A stretch of DNA of 53,992 nucleotides from NCBI GenBank assembly GCA_029762535.1, contig JARVGK010000021.1:1-53992 (forward strand), read 5' to 3'. The stretch's first letter is position 1; the number at the start of each line of letters is the position of its first letter. The translations under genes were made by a program, and so were the position numbers. Shown here piece after piece: positions 19,512 to 28,747 of this stretch. The notes under the pieces were generated by a model. The model did not search any database and was not told the origin of the DNA. It saw only the letters and a list, made by a program, of their open reading frames with translations. This DNA comes from Thermoplasmatota archaeon (lineage in GTDB: Archaea; Thermoplasmatota; Penumbrarchaeia; Penumbrarchaeales; Penumbrarchaeaceae).

Positions 19512-20435
19512 ATGAAGGTATCCGACAGAGGCGTTAGGGCATCGATCCTGGTACTGTTCTTGCTGGTGCTGGGTTCGCTTTTAGTGTACATACCCAAGGA
19601 CTCTTCAGTTGACGCAGTAGGAGGCGCCGCGGTGACCATTCAGCTGCATCAGACCCAGCAGGTGGTACAGGTTGCCCCCGGACAGCCAGGCGTTCTCATG
19701 TTCACGGGTGAGATATCCGCGCAGGTGCCCTGGTCGCCAAGGATACAATACCTCCTGGTCTCCCTGACATATGAGGCAAGCGGATGGGCAACGTCCGGCA
19801 CATCTGTGGTCATATTCACGAGGGCCGACAACACAATGCCCTTCACCTGCACGGTCAAGGTTCCTCCCATGACATCCCATCAGGTGGTCGGCACCCTCAA
19901 CGTTCTCGGAAGGTGGAACTATCAGCCTGGCATCACAGGCGGTACGGTTAACCCCGTTCAGGCGATCATAATCGTGGACCAGTTCTATCAGTTCTCCGTT
20001 GGCTGTGAGAAGCCGTATCTTCAGGTATCTCCCGGTGATACGCTCGGCTTCAGGATGAGGCTGATCAACGAGGGCAACAGTATTGACAGGCTAAGGATGG
20101 AGATCACGAACCTGGCCGATCTCAACCAGCTGGGTTGGACCGTGCAGCTCTCACAGGACCAGTTCCAGGTGCCCGAGCAGCAGGAGAGGGTCGTTACCGT
20201 GTCGGTCACCACCCCTGTCAAGACCATCATCTGGAAGAACGACGTCGATATGATAAGGCTCAGGGTGGTATCCTCCCAGGCGGAACAGCTGGGAAAGGTA
20301 TCCTACCCCTCGGAATACAGCCTCTACATACGTCAGAAGGGATTCCAGGTCCCCGGTTTCGAACCGGCGATCGCGATCATAGCATTGGTTCTCATAGCCA
20401 CTCTCCTTTACGGGGATGCCAGGAAACGACAGTGA
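19512..20435 (+). CDS. Exported Ig-like surface protein with PGF-CTERM archaeosortase signal (choice-of-anchor T-like)
   Basis: N-terminal signal peptide; C-terminal VPGFE + hydrophobic helix + RKRQ; AGGAGG RBS. Confidence 0.8.
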   Translation: MKVSDRGVRASILVLFLLVLGSLLVYIPKDSSVDAVGGAAVTIQLHQTQQVVQVAPGQPGVLMFTGEISAQVPWSPRIQYLLVSLTYEASGWATSGTSVVIFTRADNTMPFTCTVKVPPMTSHQVVGTLNVLGRWNYQPGITGGTVNPVQAIIIVDQFYQFSVGCEKPYLQVSPGDTLGFRMRLINEGNSIDRLRMEITNLADLNQLGWTVQLSQDQFQVPEQQERVVTVSVTTPVKTIIWKNDVDMIRLRVVSSQAEQLGKVSYPSEYSLYIRQKGFQVPGFEPAIAIIALVLIATLLYGDARKRQ

Positions 20436-20512
20436 ACCCGAATTCGGGACAAGTTCACCACCCCCGTTCGGGCGTATGGACCCGATGGGCTCCAGTGTTG
20501 GAAGTGTGATCA

Positions 20513-21787
20513 ATGACAGAGGCAATAGGCAAAGAGACCGGCCAGGACACGGAGGAAGGACCGGCCGAAGATAAAGACAGCAACATGAGGATCGATTCTC
20601 TCGAAGAGGAGATCAGGCTTCTAAAGAACCAGATCAGGTCCATGGACTACTCCCAGAGCCTCGAAAGGGACGCATACAAGAGGGAGCTCTCAGCGTTGTA
20701 TGACGAGCTCAACATCATACGGCGCGAGAAGAAGAACCTCCAAAAACAGCTGGACGATATCATGCAGCCGCCCCTTCTGGTGGGGGATGTCGTCGAGGAC
20801 CTTGGCAACGGTGAGGTCATTATCAGGAACGGCACGGGACAGAGCTTCATCACCACTATCTCTGACAGTGTGGACAGGGTCGATATCTCCGCAGGGGTCC
20901 GAGTGGGCTTGGACAAGAACAATCTCTGCATAATCAGGGCTCTTTCCAAGGGGAAGGATCCCATAATCATGGGGTCCGAGGTCCTCGAGAGGCCGGTCAC
21001 ATCCTATTCCGAAATTGGAGGTCTGGAAGGCGTCATCGGCGAGCTGAAGGAATCCGTCGAGCTCCCCCTGACCCATCCGGAACTTTTCAAGAACATCGGT
21101 ATCAAACCTCCAAGCGGGGTGATGCTGGTCGGTGCGCCGGGTACGGGAAAGACACTCATCGCCAAAGCCGTCGCGAACTCTGCCAAATGCACTTTCATCA
21201 GGATGGTAGGGTCCGAACTGGTCCAGAAGTTCATCGGGGAAGGTGGACGGCTCGTTCGCGAGCTTTTCCAGCTCGCAAGGGAGAAGAGACCTTGTATAAT
21301 CTTCATAGATGAGATCGATGCGATCGGGGCCAAGAGGCTCGGTATGGACACGACGGGAGACCGTGAGGTCCAGAGAACGCTCATGCAGCTCCTGGCCGAG
21401 ATGGACGGATTCCAGCCTCTGGAGAACATAGCAGTGATGGCCGCTACCAACCGAATCGATATCATCGACGAGGCCCTTATAAGGCCCGGCAGGTTCGACA
21501 GGATCGTCGAGGTCCCGATGCCCGATACTGAGGCGAGGTTGGCCATTCTCAAGATACATATTAGGGACATGAAGCTGTCGAGGTCCGTCAACCTCAAGGC
21601 CATCGCTCGAGAGACGGAATCGTTCTCCGGGGCCGATTTGCGCAACCTGTGCACCGAGGCGGGCATGTTCGCCATACGGAACAGGCATAGGTCCGTCAAC
21701 AAGGAGGACATGAGAATGGCCATGGAGAAGCTCAGGGCCCGCATGAACGGATCCCAGGATTCGGGACCGGCCGGCATGTTCGGTTGA
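20513..21787 (+). CDS. pan: Proteasome-activating nucleotidase
   Basis: N-terminal coiled coil, PPLLVG, GAPGTGKT, ELVQKFIGEG, IFIDEIDAIG, RPGRFDR, C-terminal MFG. Confidence 0.95.
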   Translation: MTEAIGKETGQDTEEGPAEDKDSNMRIDSLEEEIRLLKNQIRSMDYSQSLERDAYKRELSALYDELNIIRREKKNLQKQLDDIMQPPLLVGDVVEDLGNGEVIIRNGTGQSFITTISDSVDRVDISAGVRVGLDKNNLCIIRALSKGKDPIIMGSEVLERPVTSYSEIGGLEGVIGELKESVELPLTHPELFKNIGIKPPSGVMLVGAPGTGKTLIAKAVANSAKCTFIRMVGSELVQKFIGEGGRLVRELFQLAREKRPCIIFIDEIDAIGAKRLGMDTTGDREVQRTLMQLLAEMDGFQPLENIAVMAATNRIDIIDEALIRPGRFDRIVEVPMPDTEARLAILKIHIRDMKLSRSVNLKAIARETESFSGADLRNLCTEAGMFAIRNRHRSVNKEDMRMAMEKLRARMNGSQDSGPAGMFG

Positions 21788-21796
21788 TCCGCGCCC

Positions 21797-24391
21797 CTAT
21801 TTCAGCTCGAATCTACTTGATTCCTTCACCATATCATGAGATGTGAGTTCCCTTACTATCTCTACGGAAACCCTCTCCTGATAAAAAGGCGATCCGAGCT
21901 CCTTGAGTATTCTCATCGATGTCTCGAACTGGTCAAGAGCCTTGTGCTTCTCGCCCTTCTCCAAAAAAAGCCTACCGTAATCCAATTGGACCGTCGCTAT
22001 CTTGAACTTCTCCCCGAGGGAAGTGAATATCTTCAATGCCTCGTCAAGATATCCTTCGGAAAGATCGAGCTCCCCTTTCATTATATAGGCGTGAGCGGCC
22101 CCAGACAGGGCGTAGGCCTGCTGCCTGATATCCCCCGTCTCCGAGCATATCTCTATCGCGTCCTCGAAATTGACCAGAGCCGCATCATGGTCCCCTCTGT
22201 TCGAGAGGACCACGCCCAAACTGATCTTGACCCTGGCCATGGTCAGGACGTTCTCGGCCGCCTCCAAGGGGCCTATAGCGAGATTGAACTGCTCGATCGC
22301 CCGCTCGAGCTGGTCCTGGTTGGTATAGACGACCCCTAATCCGATGTATGCCGCGGCCTCGAGAGAGGGATCGCCTTTCTCCCTGGCTATCTCGAGCGAA
22401 TGTTCGAAGTACCGCTTGGCCTTCTTCAGGTCACCCCTGGAGGAATACAGCTCTCCCAAAGCCTGATGGACGCGCGAAAGAAGGTCCCGGTCCTTCAGCT
22501 CGTTGGCGATCCTCAGGGCTTTCTGGAGCCGGGTCAGAGCAGTGTCCCTGCTCCCTCTGCGCGTCTCGATCGAGCCGATCATGAGATTTGCCCTTGCGCT
22601 TATGAGCAGCTTCTTCTGTGCCTCGGCGAGGGCAGCGGCCCTTTTGAACTCCGACAGGGCCCGATCCCAGCGTCCCATCACCATCTGGACCTCGCCCTTG
22701 AGCAGATGGGATATGCCCTTATATTCGTGCGCTTCCTCGGGCTCGGCCTTCTCTATGAGGTCCAATACCGATGCGAACCTCTCGACAAAACCCCTGGAAA
22801 TGATCCTCTCCCCATAGGTCGAGGCGAGCCTCAGGACCTTGAGCCATTCTCCGGACCGGGCGAGATGATACATCGCCTCGACAGTATCGGATTCCGTACC
22901 CTGCTCCATGAAGAACTCGGAGGCCTTCTTATGATACTGCGATCTCTGGGCTGGGGTCAGTCTGTTGTAGAAGAACTCCTTGATTATGTCATGGGCCTCG
23001 AACTCATCGTAGGAGGTCTCCTGAATGAGGTTGGCCTCCACCAGATTATCGAGTATATTGAAATCCAGCCCTTCCTCGAGGAAGAACGCGCTCGAAGGGA
23101 CTGGATAGCGATATATCGACGCGATCTGAAGCAGCAGTCCTTCGTTCTCCCCGATCTTCTTGAAGATCTCCTCGTATATGTAGCGCTTTATGTCCTTCTG
23201 GTCCTCGATGTCCTTTGCCGAGAGTATCAGCTGAAGGAACAAGGGGTGGCCCTTCGTTATCCTGTAAATCTTCTCGAACAGCTCCTCGTCGATGTCCCTG
23301 ATCTTGAGAAGTCCTTTGGAGCTCTCCCTGTCCAGTCCGGAGAGGAGCAGCTCTCTCACGGACCTCTTGATGATGACGTCCGATCGATCGTAGAATGGAA
23401 AGACCTGCCTGCCGACGATTATCACCTTGACCCCTTTGGAAGATGATAGCATCTCCTTCAGGTTCGAGAAGAAGTCGACGATCTCGTCGGCGGCCCTCTG
23501 GAAATCGTCGAAGACAAGAAGAAGTGGGCCCTCGTTCAGGCTCGATTCCAGTATTCCGTAGTAGTCCTTCTTCCGAAGGTCACCGGTAGAGTCGAGGTAT
23601 TTCTTCAAACCTGAACGACCTATCTCGTCCAGGAACCTGGATAGCGAGTACAGGACGTTCCTCAGTGAATCCCATCGGTGGAAGCGGTACCAGAGTATAT
23701 GGGCCCTGCCCTCCAGGTCCATGGCGGCCTTGACCGCAAGGGTGGTCTTACCTATCCCGGCGATCCCGGTGATCGACATGATCGAAAAGCTGTCCTCCTC
23801 GAACCAGTTGCGGATCTCCGTCAGCTCCGAACTCCTGCCGAAGAAACGGCGGGGAAAAGGCGCATCCTGCATCAGGGTGACGAAACCGCCCGTTCTCTGG
23901 GCCTTGGGGGGCATTATCTCACCGGAGATGAATGACCTTATCGTGTCCTCGGACAGGTTCTTCTCCTCGGATGTGAGGTTGAACAGCTCCAGAAGCCCGA
24001 TCTTAACATTCAGATAGCCGCATACATCCTTCAGCGGCATCTCCCTGACCGACCCGTCCCTCAACGATAGGAGGACCCTGTGCGATGACAGATCGTTCCA
24101 GATGATCGTTGTGTACTCCACACCCTTGCTCGTGAGGAAGTATGCCTTCCTCTTCCTCGGCTGTCCCTTTATTCGCTTTAGGACATCGAATAGGAGGTCC
24201 TCCTCCTTGAGCTTCTTCATGGTCCTAGGAAGGTTGTCCCGCCGGATGTTTATGGACTGGGCGATCCCTTCCTGGACCGCCTCCCAGGGGACCTCGAAGT
24301 CCGTTTCGGAATGTCCCAGCTCCATAAGGTGAAGGAGTATCCTCCTGTCTATCGTCAACTTGGGAGGGGCTGCCGCCTCATCAGGCATCAT
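21797..24391 (-). CDS. wHTH-STAND (NB-ARC-like) ATPase-TPR protein
   Basis: N-terminal wHTH; FFGRSSEL, GIAGIGKTT, LLVFDDFQ, GHPL, AHDII; multiple C-terminal TPRs. Confidence 0.88.
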   Translation of the reverse strand: MMPDEAAAPPKLTIDRRILLHLMELGHSETDFEVPWEAVQEGIAQSINIRRDNLPRTMKKLKEEDLLFDVLKRIKGQPRKRKAYFLTSKGVEYTTIIWNDLSSHRVLLSLRDGSVREMPLKDVCGYLNVKIGLLELFNLTSEEKNLSEDTIRSFISGEIMPPKAQRTGGFVTLMQDAPFPRRFFGRSSELTEIRNWFEEDSFSIMSITGIAGIGKTTLAVKAAMDLEGRAHILWYRFHRWDSLRNVLYSLSRFLDEIGRSGLKKYLDSTGDLRKKDYYGILESSLNEGPLLLVFDDFQRAADEIVDFFSNLKEMLSSSKGVKVIIVGRQVFPFYDRSDVIIKRSVRELLLSGLDRESSKGLLKIRDIDEELFEKIYRITKGHPLFLQLILSAKDIEDQKDIKRYIYEEIFKKIGENEGLLLQIASIYRYPVPSSAFFLEEGLDFNILDNLVEANLIQETSYDEFEAHDIIKEFFYNRLTPAQRSQYHKKASEFFMEQGTESDTVEAMYHLARSGEWLKVLRLASTYGERIISRGFVERFASVLDLIEKAEPEEAHEYKGISHLLKGEVQMVMGRWDRALSEFKRAAALAEAQKKLLISARANLMIGSIETRRGSRDTALTRLQKALRIANELKDRDLLSRVHQALGELYSSRGDLKKAKRYFEHSLEIAREKGDPSLEAAAYIGLGVVYTNQDQLERAIEQFNLAIGPLEAAENVLTMARVKISLGVVLSNRGDHDAALVNFEDAIEICSETGDIRQQAYALSGAAHAYIMKGELDLSEGYLDEALKIFTSLGEKFKIATVQLDYGRLFLEKGEKHKALDQFETSMRILKELGSPFYQERVSVEIVRELTSHDMVKESSRFELK

Positions 24392-25050
24392 ACCACCACC
24401 GTCTCGAACGATTCCATTATCTGGTTTCGAATACGCTGTGGTATGGTCTTGTAAGGGAGAGGAACGAGGATGGAGACCCTGTCCTTTGCGGACCTCTCCC
24501 TTAGCATGCTGAGGAACTTGATCACCCTGGGGAGATCGTTGGCGTTCATCAGATCCTGGAACTGGTCCAGGAGAACGACGGTGGAACCGTCTCCTGCCGT
24601 TATGAAGGAATTCACCTCCTCGAGCAGGCCCGAGAGGTTGGTCGGATTTACGATGGTCACATCCTCACCCTTGCGTTTCACGATCGATCGGTTCAGCCAG
24701 ATCCGCTTGATGTCGCTATCTATGGGAACCTCTCTTGGATCCTCGGGGGTTACGAGTATGCCTTTCCTCCCTTTGGAGAGGGCGTTGACGAACATCTCCC
24801 TGGCGGGTGTCTGTCCGTTCTTGTGCATGATCACGAGCAGTCCCACGGATGGGGCCTCCATCACTTTTCTATCCAAGGAGGGGCGTCCTTTCTTGACCTT
24901 GGTCGGAGCGTTCATCGTCGATATCTTCCTGGCCCTCTCGTCGATCTCGGCGGTCCTCTTTCGGTACTGGACGATCCTGAACATCAGCCAGATAAAGAGG
25001 AGCACCAGAAGGAACACCATCATGTACATCGTGTATTGGGCTGTGGTCAA
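24388..25050 (-). CDS. Membrane-anchored DUF835-like protein (inactive KaiC-like fold)
   Basis: N-terminal TM helix; GILVTPEDP...IWLNRS...VNPTNLSGL...VVLLDQFQDLMNAN...KFLSMLRE pattern. Confidence 0.78.
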   Translation of the reverse strand: MTTAQYTMYMMVFLLVLLFIWLMFRIVQYRKRTAEIDERARKISTMNAPTKVKKGRPSLDRKVMEAPSVGLLVIMHKNGQTPAREMFVNALSKGRKGILVTPEDPREVPIDSDIKRIWLNRSIVKRKGEDVTIVNPTNLSGLLEEVNSFITAGDGSTVVLLDQFQDLMNANDLPRVIKFLSMLRERSAKDRVSILVPLPYKTIPQRIRNQIMESFETVVV

Positions 25051-25214
25051 CGGTTATCACATCTCCGGACATGGGGGTATGCATATCTGTTTTCTTAAAT
25101 CCTATCCATCCATTATCGTTGCGACCCTGCATCTTATTATATCCTATGGGGTCGATATCGGGATCGTTGAAGTAATGGTCCACAAGACCGACGGGCAAAG
25201 ACGGAGCAGTTGAT

Positions 25215-26330
25215 ATGAAAGGACCCGGGGAAAGGTTCAGAGTGCTCGTATGCAGCCCCCTATATTTGCCGGATCGCGGGGGGGCATCGACCTACTTCTC
25301 CAACCTCGTAGATGATCTTGATGACAGGATCGAGTTCATCGTATACACATGCAGGGTCAAGGGAGCCCCCAAAAGGGAGAGACACGGTAGTACATCGGTC
25401 CTTAGGATACAGCCCAATCTTCTGAACTCGCATCCACTGCTCAGATATATCATAGTGCCTCCCGTGACCTTCTTTCAGATCCTATGTCTTCGCCTCAGGC
25501 ACGGCCCCTTCATCATGCATGCCCACAGCAACGGCCTCTACGGCCTAATGGCATCGCTGATGTCCTCCTTCCTTAGGATACCGATGATCAAGGAGGTCCA
25601 GGACACCTCGGATAGAGGATCCGTCCTGAGAAGCGGGAAGGTCCATAGATGGATCGCCACTGGTGGATACGTAAAGGACAGACTGGTATCTTTCGGGATC
25701 CCACCCGGAAAGGTAAAGGTCTTTCCCTCGGTGAACCCGAGAAGCCTTGAAAAAGCGATAAAAAGGCTTCCCAACGCTTCCAAGGACGGGGCGGTGCGTT
25801 TCGCCTACGTAGGCGGGCTCGTCAACAGGATCAAGGGGGTGGATGTTCTCATCGATGCTTTCCGAAAAGCGTCGGAGAGAATACCGAACGTGAAGCTTTT
25901 GATCTTCGGGGACGGTCCGGACAGGGGATCTCTGGAGGATCGGGCCCGGGGTCTTGACGTGAGGTTCTTTGGACAGGTCCCCCACGAGAGGCTCATCGAG
26001 GAGTTGGATCGCTGCGACGTCGTGGTCCTCGCCTCTCACGAGGAGGCGAACCCCAGATGCCTGATAGAGGGTTACGCCCTTGGCCTCCCGGCCATCGCAA
26101 CGGACGTGGGAGGGGTGAAGGAGGAGCTCAAGGACGGCCGGACCGGGATCCTCGTAAAGGACGGCGACGTGGATGGATTGGCCGAGGCCATGGAGAGGAT
26201 GGCCAGGGATCCGGAACTTAGAAGAAGGCTCGGCGAGGGGGGAAAGAAGTTCCTGGGATCCCTCCCCCGCTGGGAGGATCTCGTCTCCGAGATCCACTCC
26301 ATGTATCTCGAGATGTGGAAGAAGGCGTAG
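25215..26330 (+). CDS. Glycosyltransferase family 4
   Basis: PDRGGAS, KGVDVLIDAF, GDGPDR, EANPRCLIEG (ExxxxxxxE), IATDVGG. Confidence 0.92.
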   Translation: MKGPGERFRVLVCSPLYLPDRGGASTYFSNLVDDLDDRIEFIVYTCRVKGAPKRERHGSTSVLRIQPNLLNSHPLLRYIIVPPVTFFQILCLRLRHGPFIMHAHSNGLYGLMASLMSSFLRIPMIKEVQDTSDRGSVLRSGKVHRWIATGGYVKDRLVSFGIPPGKVKVFPSVNPRSLEKAIKRLPNASKDGAVRFAYVGGLVNRIKGVDVLIDAFRKASERIPNVKLLIFGDGPDRGSLEDRARGLDVRFFGQVPHERLIEELDRCDVVVLASHEEANPRCLIEGYALGLPAIATDVGGVKEELKDGRTGILVKDGDVDGLAEAMERMARDPELRRRLGEGGKKFLGSLPRWEDLVSEIHSMYLEMWKKA

Positions 26331-26390
26331 GGGGATCCCCTGTAAGGGGCAAATATTGATTTTTTTAACAAGATCAGGATAATTCCGCTA

Positions 26391-27548
26391 ATGATGACGT
26401 TGTATGTGGATATGCGGATGAATTGTAAAAGGAGCCATGACCCAAAGAGCGGATCTCACTTGTCAAAGGTGTGGAATATAATTCAAATAGTAGCAGCATT
26501 TTCCTGGGCCGTGGTAAAAAAGGCAGGACGGAATAGGAAACGTGACATAGAGTCGTTGGATAATTATCATGATATCAAACGTGATTTTCTTTTTCACATC
26601 GATCCGTCGGGAAGGTCCACCGATGAATTATTGGTAAATTATTACGATATGTTCAAAGATCTTTATAGAGATCCAATTAATCAGCTTGTATCGAGGACTC
26701 TGAATGATTTCCCAACCATTGTATATCTATGGAACGCGGGAATGCTTAAATTCTCCAATGAACGTGCGGATCAGTTCGATATTTTAAAAAGGGTAATATC
26801 TTTTAAAAATGAATTCGGTTTAAATATCGATATGCCAACGAAGTTCCTGCTCCGGATAGATGATTTTCCAAGATTCGACATAGGTATCAATGGATTGATG
26901 GATTTCCATGATATTTGCAAAGAATTCGGGATCGATTATCTGATAGGGGTCACCCCGTTTATAACCGATGAACCTTTCATGCCATCGAAAAAAATGCCGG
27001 ATTCCCTGAAGGATGACGAGATCGATCTATTGCTATCTATGAAGAGGGATAGTGTCGAATTCGGACTTCATGGGATAACACATAGGACATTATACAAACG
27101 ATATCATACTGAATCCGTCGGACTGAAAGGAGCTGAGTTCAAAGGATCGATATTATTTGCCAAAGAATATTTGAGAGGCATCGGAATACAGGTTGATACG
27201 TATATCCCACCTTTCAATACACTGGATATGAACAATTATCTATCGATAAAAGACCTCTTTAAAGGAATAACAGGTGGGCCCGAGGCGATCCCCACGATAG
27301 GCATCAGGCACTCTCCCACATCATTGAAAGGGAAGCCCTATATACCGGTATATCATCCTTTTTATGACAAATGTTCTTGCATAGCGGAAATATTGGATCA
27401 TATCGGCCCTATAGCAGGTGCACGAATAATACCACTAGCGGTACATTGGAGTTGGGAGATCGGTTCGAAGTTCTCTCATTTTCGCAAGGTTTGCGATATC
27501 ATTGCGGGAAAAACTATAAAATGGAATGAATTATATTCAATATATTAA
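26391..27548 (+). CDS. Polysaccharide deacetylase-like (NodB/DUF2334-type) protein
   Basis: LLRIDDFP, EFGLHGITH and YIPPFN motifs; AT-rich; start uncertain. Confidence 0.7.
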   Translation: MMTLYVDMRMNCKRSHDPKSGSHLSKVWNIIQIVAAFSWAVVKKAGRNRKRDIESLDNYHDIKRDFLFHIDPSGRSTDELLVNYYDMFKDLYRDPINQLVSRTLNDFPTIVYLWNAGMLKFSNERADQFDILKRVISFKNEFGLNIDMPTKFLLRIDDFPRFDIGINGLMDFHDICKEFGIDYLIGVTPFITDEPFMPSKKMPDSLKDDEIDLLLSMKRDSVEFGLHGITHRTLYKRYHTESVGLKGAEFKGSILFAKEYLRGIGIQVDTYIPPFNTLDMNNYLSIKDLFKGITGGPEAIPTIGIRHSPTSLKGKPYIPVYHPFYDKCSCIAEILDHIGPIAGARIIPLAVHWSWEIGSKFSHFRKVCDIIAGKTIKWNELYSIY

Positions 27549-28618
27549 TGAAAATCGGAGTCCCCCATGGTAACGAACCAATTACTGTAATCCTTCAATT
27601 TTTCTTTTGAAATATTATCACTGATAACTCTTGCTATGAATACAGGGATCGAGGTCAGATATACGAATCCCTGCTTCTTGAATGCTTTTGTAAATACATC
27701 CATCTTCGGCAACCAGCAGTACATCGCGTCGGCACCTGCTTCGTTGAAGTGGTCCTGAGCTCTTTTTAACAGGCCTCGTATGATATTGACATCGGGTTCT
27801 GCGAATATGTCGATTATCTCGCCACCAGTGAAATCACCCTTTCTAACAAGCGCCAGTACTATATATCCCAAGACCTTGCCGTCCATATATGCAGCGAATG
27901 CGGTATATTTTCTGTGAGGAATATCCTTGAACCTCCAGTTTAGATGGTCCTTGTTCCTGATCACCAACGTCGGATAGTATTTTGAGGATCTATCCCACAA
28001 TTCATCGAATTTTTTATCAAAAAGGTCGATTTTGGAATAGGTCAATCCCGAGATCCTTTTCGGTGATGCGTTCTTCCTGTAAATACCGAAAAAAACAGAT
28101 GCGAAGAAAGATATCAGGATCTGAAGCGATCTGTTCTTGATCCTGTGTCTAATGGTGTTCTTAACGTTTAGAGGTTTGAACACATTCGGGATCTTGCATA
28201 TATCGAACCAATCCAATTTTTTCACGAATCCAGGATATGAATTCTGATTGGGGAAACCGAAAACGAACCCGATCCCTTCCTCCCTTGCTTTATCGTATGT
28301 CTTATTTGCGAGTACTTCAAAGATCCCCTGGCGTCTATATCCTGGATGGGTCATCGTATCCTGAGAGTGGCATGCGTCGATCTCCTTTCCATCATATAGA
28401 GCCTTGAACCGTACTACTTCATATTGACCCGCAAGCTCCTCCCCAGCATCCGCAAAGAATATTATCGGAGGCCCTGACGGGTTCTGTTGATGTTGCCATC
28501 GCCACCAATCATACCATTGAGATTCGTCATCATCATGATCGAAAACATGCTTATGCAAGAGACGGATCTTGGTCTCGTCACCCGATTCGTAAGATCTGAT
28601 GGACCATTTGATATCCAT
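27545..28618 (-). CDS. GNAT family N-acetyltransferase (two-lobed)
   Basis: DTMTHPGYRRQGIF, FGFPNQNSYPGF, LNWRF, terminal GDSD. Confidence 0.85.
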   Translation of the reverse strand: MDIKWSIRSYESGDETKIRLLHKHVFDHDDDESQWYDWWRWQHQQNPSGPPIIFFADAGEELAGQYEVVRFKALYDGKEIDACHSQDTMTHPGYRRQGIFEVLANKTYDKAREEGIGFVFGFPNQNSYPGFVKKLDWFDICKIPNVFKPLNVKNTIRHRIKNRSLQILISFFASVFFGIYRKNASPKRISGLTYSKIDLFDKKFDELWDRSSKYYPTLVIRNKDHLNWRFKDIPHRKYTAFAAYMDGKVLGYIVLALVRKGDFTGGEIIDIFAEPDVNIIRGLLKRAQDHFNEAGADAMYCWLPKMDVFTKAFKKQGFVYLTSIPVFIARVISDNISKEKLKDYSNWFVTMGDSDFH

Positions 28619-28747
28619 GATCGAATCCCTTTCTTTCTACTTGAGGGCATCGTGAAAGGAAAAAACATATATATACGTTTCTGCAGGGCCAGGCCAGGTA
28701 AAAATTATTAATAAATATTAGTTTATACCTCTGATATGTGAACAAAG

